Assembly (NCBI GenBank): GCA_030167865.1
Contig: JALAGF010000153.1
Span: 1 to 64,000 of the forward strand
Direction: 5' to 3'
DNA from: Craspedostauros australis
Lineage: Eukaryota
DNA length: 64,000 bases
Under the pieces are notes generated by a model. The model saw only the letters and a program-made list of their open reading frames with translations, did no database searches and was not told the origin of the DNA. The position numbers were made by a program, and so were the translations under genes. Below, piece by piece: positions 60,101 through 64,000 of this stretch (position 1 is its first letter; every line of letters begins with the position of its first letter).

Positions 60101-63100
60101 GCATCGTTGTATTGATGCATCAAATGAACGCACCATACGCGCCCGTACAGGCCAAAAGCAACGTATCGCCATTGCCCGCATCTTGATCAAAAAGCCAAAA
60201 ATTGTCATTCTTGACGAGGCCACAAGGTAAGCCCAATCACGCTCCGCCATGTTCATACAATACCTGCTGCATGAATACGCTGGAAGTCTGACCTGTTGTT
60301 TACCGTACACAACATTGTCTGCTTGCACTCTCTCGCTTGTTCCACCGTGGCACGACATCACGATCATGCAAAACTCATCCTTCCTCCCTCCCTACTTCCC
60401 TCTCTTCCTCTCTGCCCCCTTCAACCACAGTGCCCTGGACAGCGAATCCGAGGCCGTAGTCCAAGAGGCGCTCGATAAGCTGATGGAAGAAGGCAATCAG
60501 ACTGTGGTCGTCATCGCTCACCGGCTGTCAACCATTCGAAATGCTGACATGATCGTCGTTGTCAACGAAGGAAAAGTCGCGGAGACCGGTACGCACAGCG
60601 AACTGATCGAGAAGCAAGGAAAGTACTACGACCTCGTCGAGGCGCAGAAGGGTAACAAGGGCAAGGATGATGAATCTTCGTCACAGAAGACCGATAGCAC
60701 GCACACCCGCACGAGCAGCACGCTGGATGGTGTCGAGAATGAAGATGGAGATGATGCCATCGAAGTGAGCGCTGTGCTTGACGAGAAGTTGGAAACACCC
60801 ACCGACAGTCCGCTGCTTCGTTTTCACGGCGTTCACTTTTCATACCCATCGCGCCCGGACAACAAGATCTTCCGCGGTTTGAACCTCGATGTCTACGAAG
60901 GAGAGACGCTCGCTATCGTCGGACCAAGGTAAGCGGAACCAATGCAATGGTTCGTAGCACCATTCGGCACAGTATGAGTGCATGCATGGCTACATGCAAG
61001 TGGTCACGCACAGAGATGAAATCGCATTCCTGCCCCCGAACTTGCTCCCATTTGGGCCACGCGGACTTTGTCAACAAGCGAGACGATGATGTGCCACGTT
61101 CTCACTTTCCTCTCGCCTCGCGATTTTCCATCACAACTCGCACACACCATATTTCGCAACCACTCATCTCCGTTTCACAACACAGTGGCCAAGGAAAGTC
61201 CACCATCATCCAGCTCTGTGAGAGCTTCTACCGCCCAAGCAAGGGCGCTGTGGAGTACTGCGGCGTCGACATGGCCGACCTGAACGTCAAGTGGCTTCGC
61301 CAGCAGTTTGGACTTGTTAGTCAGGAACCCGTCCTTTTCGATGTTAGCATTGAAGAGAACATCCGCTTTGGGTCCAAAGACGTTTCCGAACAAGACGTCA
61401 TCAAGGCCGCCAAAGAAGCCAACGCGCACGATTTCATCATGTCCTTCCCCGACGGATACAATACCGCGGCAGGAGGGGCCGGCTCTTCACAGATTTCAGG
61501 CGGCCAGAAGCAACGTATTGCCATTGCGCGAGGTGAGTGAAAAAGATTCGGTGGACCATCGTTGCGAGTAAATGAAACTCCCTCTCGTGTATTCGATTTC
61601 GTTCACCTGTGCAGTCGTACAGTCGCCTGTTTTTCTTTGTTCTCTCATACTTACCGCCGGCCTCCCTGTGCCGCTGCTGCAACTTGCAAATTCCCGACGT
61701 CCTTAATCTCGCAGCTCTCATCAAGAAACCCAAGATCCTACTGCTGGATGAAGCCACATCGGCGCTCGACAGCGAATCCGAGAAGGTTGTGCAGGCTGCA
61801 CTAGACAGCATCATGTCCAGTGCTGGCCGTACCACTATTGTGATCGCCCATCGCCTCTCGACCATCCGCGATGCCGATCGCATCGCCGTCATCGACAACG
61901 GCAAGGTCCGCGAGATCGGGACGCACGATGAACTGATGATGAAGCCAAACGGCCGCTACAAGCGTCTTCAAGACTTGCAGAATCTCGATCAGGATGTCAA
62001 GAAATCCAAGAAGAAAAAGGACGATGACGATGATGATGCGGACGAAGAGCATGCCGATGACAAGGACGATGGCACCGACGAGAAGGAATCCACTGAGGAA
62101 GACAAGAAGAACGAACAGCTCCGAGCGAAACGGGCACGAAGCTTCGCCAACCAGGACGTCATGTTCTTTGTGATTGGAAGTGTCGGTGCGGTCTTCGCCG
62201 GGTTGCTCTTTCCAGGATGGGGTGTAAGTTTCTGAGCGGCAATACAATGCGATGCCATGCCATGCTACTAATATGGCATGCTTCATCGTTGCATGATGTT
62301 GTTGGTGGAAGTTTCCTTGCAACTGAGCTGCTGATGGTGGTCGCGACTTCGTGGTGTTTGCCCATTGGGGGAGAATCTTGTTGTGTGCGTCCATCCTGAA
62401 CCATTCGCTCGTATCAACATGTGAATACTGACAAACATCGTTTCCCTGTGTTCTTGCCCCTCGCTCCTTCAGCTCGTCTTTGCGTACATGGTGGAGTTGC
62501 TCTACACACCAATCGAACGATGCGACGAGTCTGCTGGTATCTTCCCTGACGGAAACATCACAGACTGCCAGGAATACTTCGACGACGAAGCTGATGATAT
62601 GAAGGAATTGTCCATCAATGTGTTCATCGGGGTCATTGGAGTCATCTGTTCGTCGCTTTTTGGCAACGTCCTCCTCTTTTATGGATTCGGAACAGCGACG
62701 GAGCGCATGAACAAGCGCGTCCGCGACAGCACATTCGAAAGCCTCGTGCGTCAAGAGGTCTCGTGGTTCGATGTCCGCCCCGTGGGAGTCATCACCTCCC
62801 AGATCTCCGATGACGCTGCCATGATCCATTCCTTTTCCGGTGAACCAATCCGCACCTTGGTGATGAACTGCGCAAGCGTGCTGGTCGGGCTGGTCTTCGC
62901 CTTTTACTACATGTGGTACGTATCGAACACTATGCTGTGTCACGTTGGTCGACGCTGTGATGTTGTGTGTGGCCTTGCGATCTACGGCGCTGCCCTCCCC
63001 ATTCCGAATGCGGGGCTTGTAATGATTTTTGTCGCTGAAAGGGCGGTGGGATGCTCAGGCGTCGACTTGCTCGCAGTTCCATTCAAACCCCATGCTCCCA

Positions 63101-63759
63101 CAATGACGGCGCACTCGCTTACATCGAACATACTCGTATCGTTCCACTCCATCGTTTTCTCACGCCCAATCGTTTCGGAACGCTATCCTCACACGCTCCT
63201 TCCCCTGACACTAACGAACAGGCCATTCGCATTGATGACCCTCGCCATCTTGCCGTTCATGGCATTTGGAGCGGAGGCAGAGATGGCCATGTACCTTGGA
63301 GAAGACGAGGGTGACGAAAGCGCATTCGATGAGAATTCCAGCGGAGGCATCGTCGTCGAAGCCTTGATGAATATTCGGACGGTCGCATCACTCGTCGTTG
63401 AGAAGGACCGTCATGAGCACTACGCGACGGCGTTGGAACATGAGCTCCCCAATGAATTCGCCAAGAACTTCGTGAAGGGAAGCACCGCCGGCTTGGGTCA
63501 GTTCGTCCAGATGTGGGGAATGGCCTTGATGTTCTGGTGGGGCGGATGGCTGCTCAACAACTACAGCGGCACCTTCGAGCTCCGCGACTTCCTCATCTCC
63601 ATGTTCACGTTCCTTTTCTCTCTGTCCGGTCTGAGCTTTGCCATGCAGGGCATCACCGACCGCGTCAAGGCGAACAAGGCGGCCGAGCGCATCTTCGGGT
63701 TGATCGACCGAGAGAGTTTGATCGACCCACTCAGTGACGAAGGCAAGAAGCTCAATTGA
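57112..63759 (+). CDS. ABCB (P-glycoprotein/MDR-like) transporter with TMD-NBD-NBD-TMD order, about 1386 aa; exons 57112-57367, 57677-57971, 58225-59109, 59387-59392, 59566-59873, 60151-60226, 60431-60928, 61186-61532, 61715-62223, 62473-62915, 63222-63759
   Basis: TMD1 ([17 protein letters not shown]); NBD1 ([37 protein letters not shown]); NBD2 ([26 protein letters not shown]); TMD2 ([16 protein letters not shown]). The exon sum is 4161 nt and stays in frame. Confidence 0.92.
59387..59392 (+). other. 6-nt micro-exon TGGAAG within the Walker A motif of ABCB NBD1
   Basis: Flanked by AACAG (acceptor) and GTAAGT (donor); its inclusion restores GPSGSGKST. Confidence 0.85.
60013..60064. repeat. 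Intronic 12-bp tandem repeat (ACACGCACATGG-like, about 4 degenerate units)
   Basis: Visible directly in the ABCB intron 59874-60150. Confidence 0.8.
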
Positions 63760-64000
63760 ATTGGAGCAATCGTAGTGCAATAACACAATAGTAACATGAC
63801 AAGTGATGTATGTACTGAGCAGGACGGCATCAACCCAATGGTAGATGGCCATGCGAAATCCATTGTCTAAACACTCGCAGTTGATGATGGTGCGCAATGT
63901 GAAGCGCGAGACACAGAAGTGTGCACGGTTGTGCGAAGAACTTGGTTCAGTGATCAGCTCCTGTTGTTTTGTCCAGAGAAGTTATGTACATGGTGATGTT

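Overview
This is eukaryotic nuclear DNA with GT-AG introns, and the gene content and targeting motifs point to a diatom, probably a raphid pennate (inference). I built 16 protein-coding gene models by hand and checked that each spliced model keeps its reading frame. They are: a Zn-finger N6-adenine-type methyltransferase, a CRAL-TRIO-like/DUF6824 protein, a plastid-targeted unknown protein, two receptor cyclase-phosphodiesterase fusions, a crotonase, a Kv-like channel with an EF-hand, REV3, AspRS, a sulfotransferase-like protein, a P-loop kinase, an HA-domain protein, TRM13, a patatin-like protein, a FetB-FetA-like ABC fusion and an ABCB transporter. The most unusual feature is the ABCB gene, whose domain order is TMD-NBD-NBD-TMD and whose first Walker A motif needs a 6-nt micro-exon. 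It lies head-to-head with the single-chain FetB/FetA-like ABC gene. Also notable are a channel with a TGQG filter, a cytosolic-type AspRS with a plastid-like presequence, and three possible decayed DUF6824 remnants in long intergenic gaps. I saw no rRNA, tRNA, CRISPR array or intact transposon. All family calls come from motif recognition; no database search was run.
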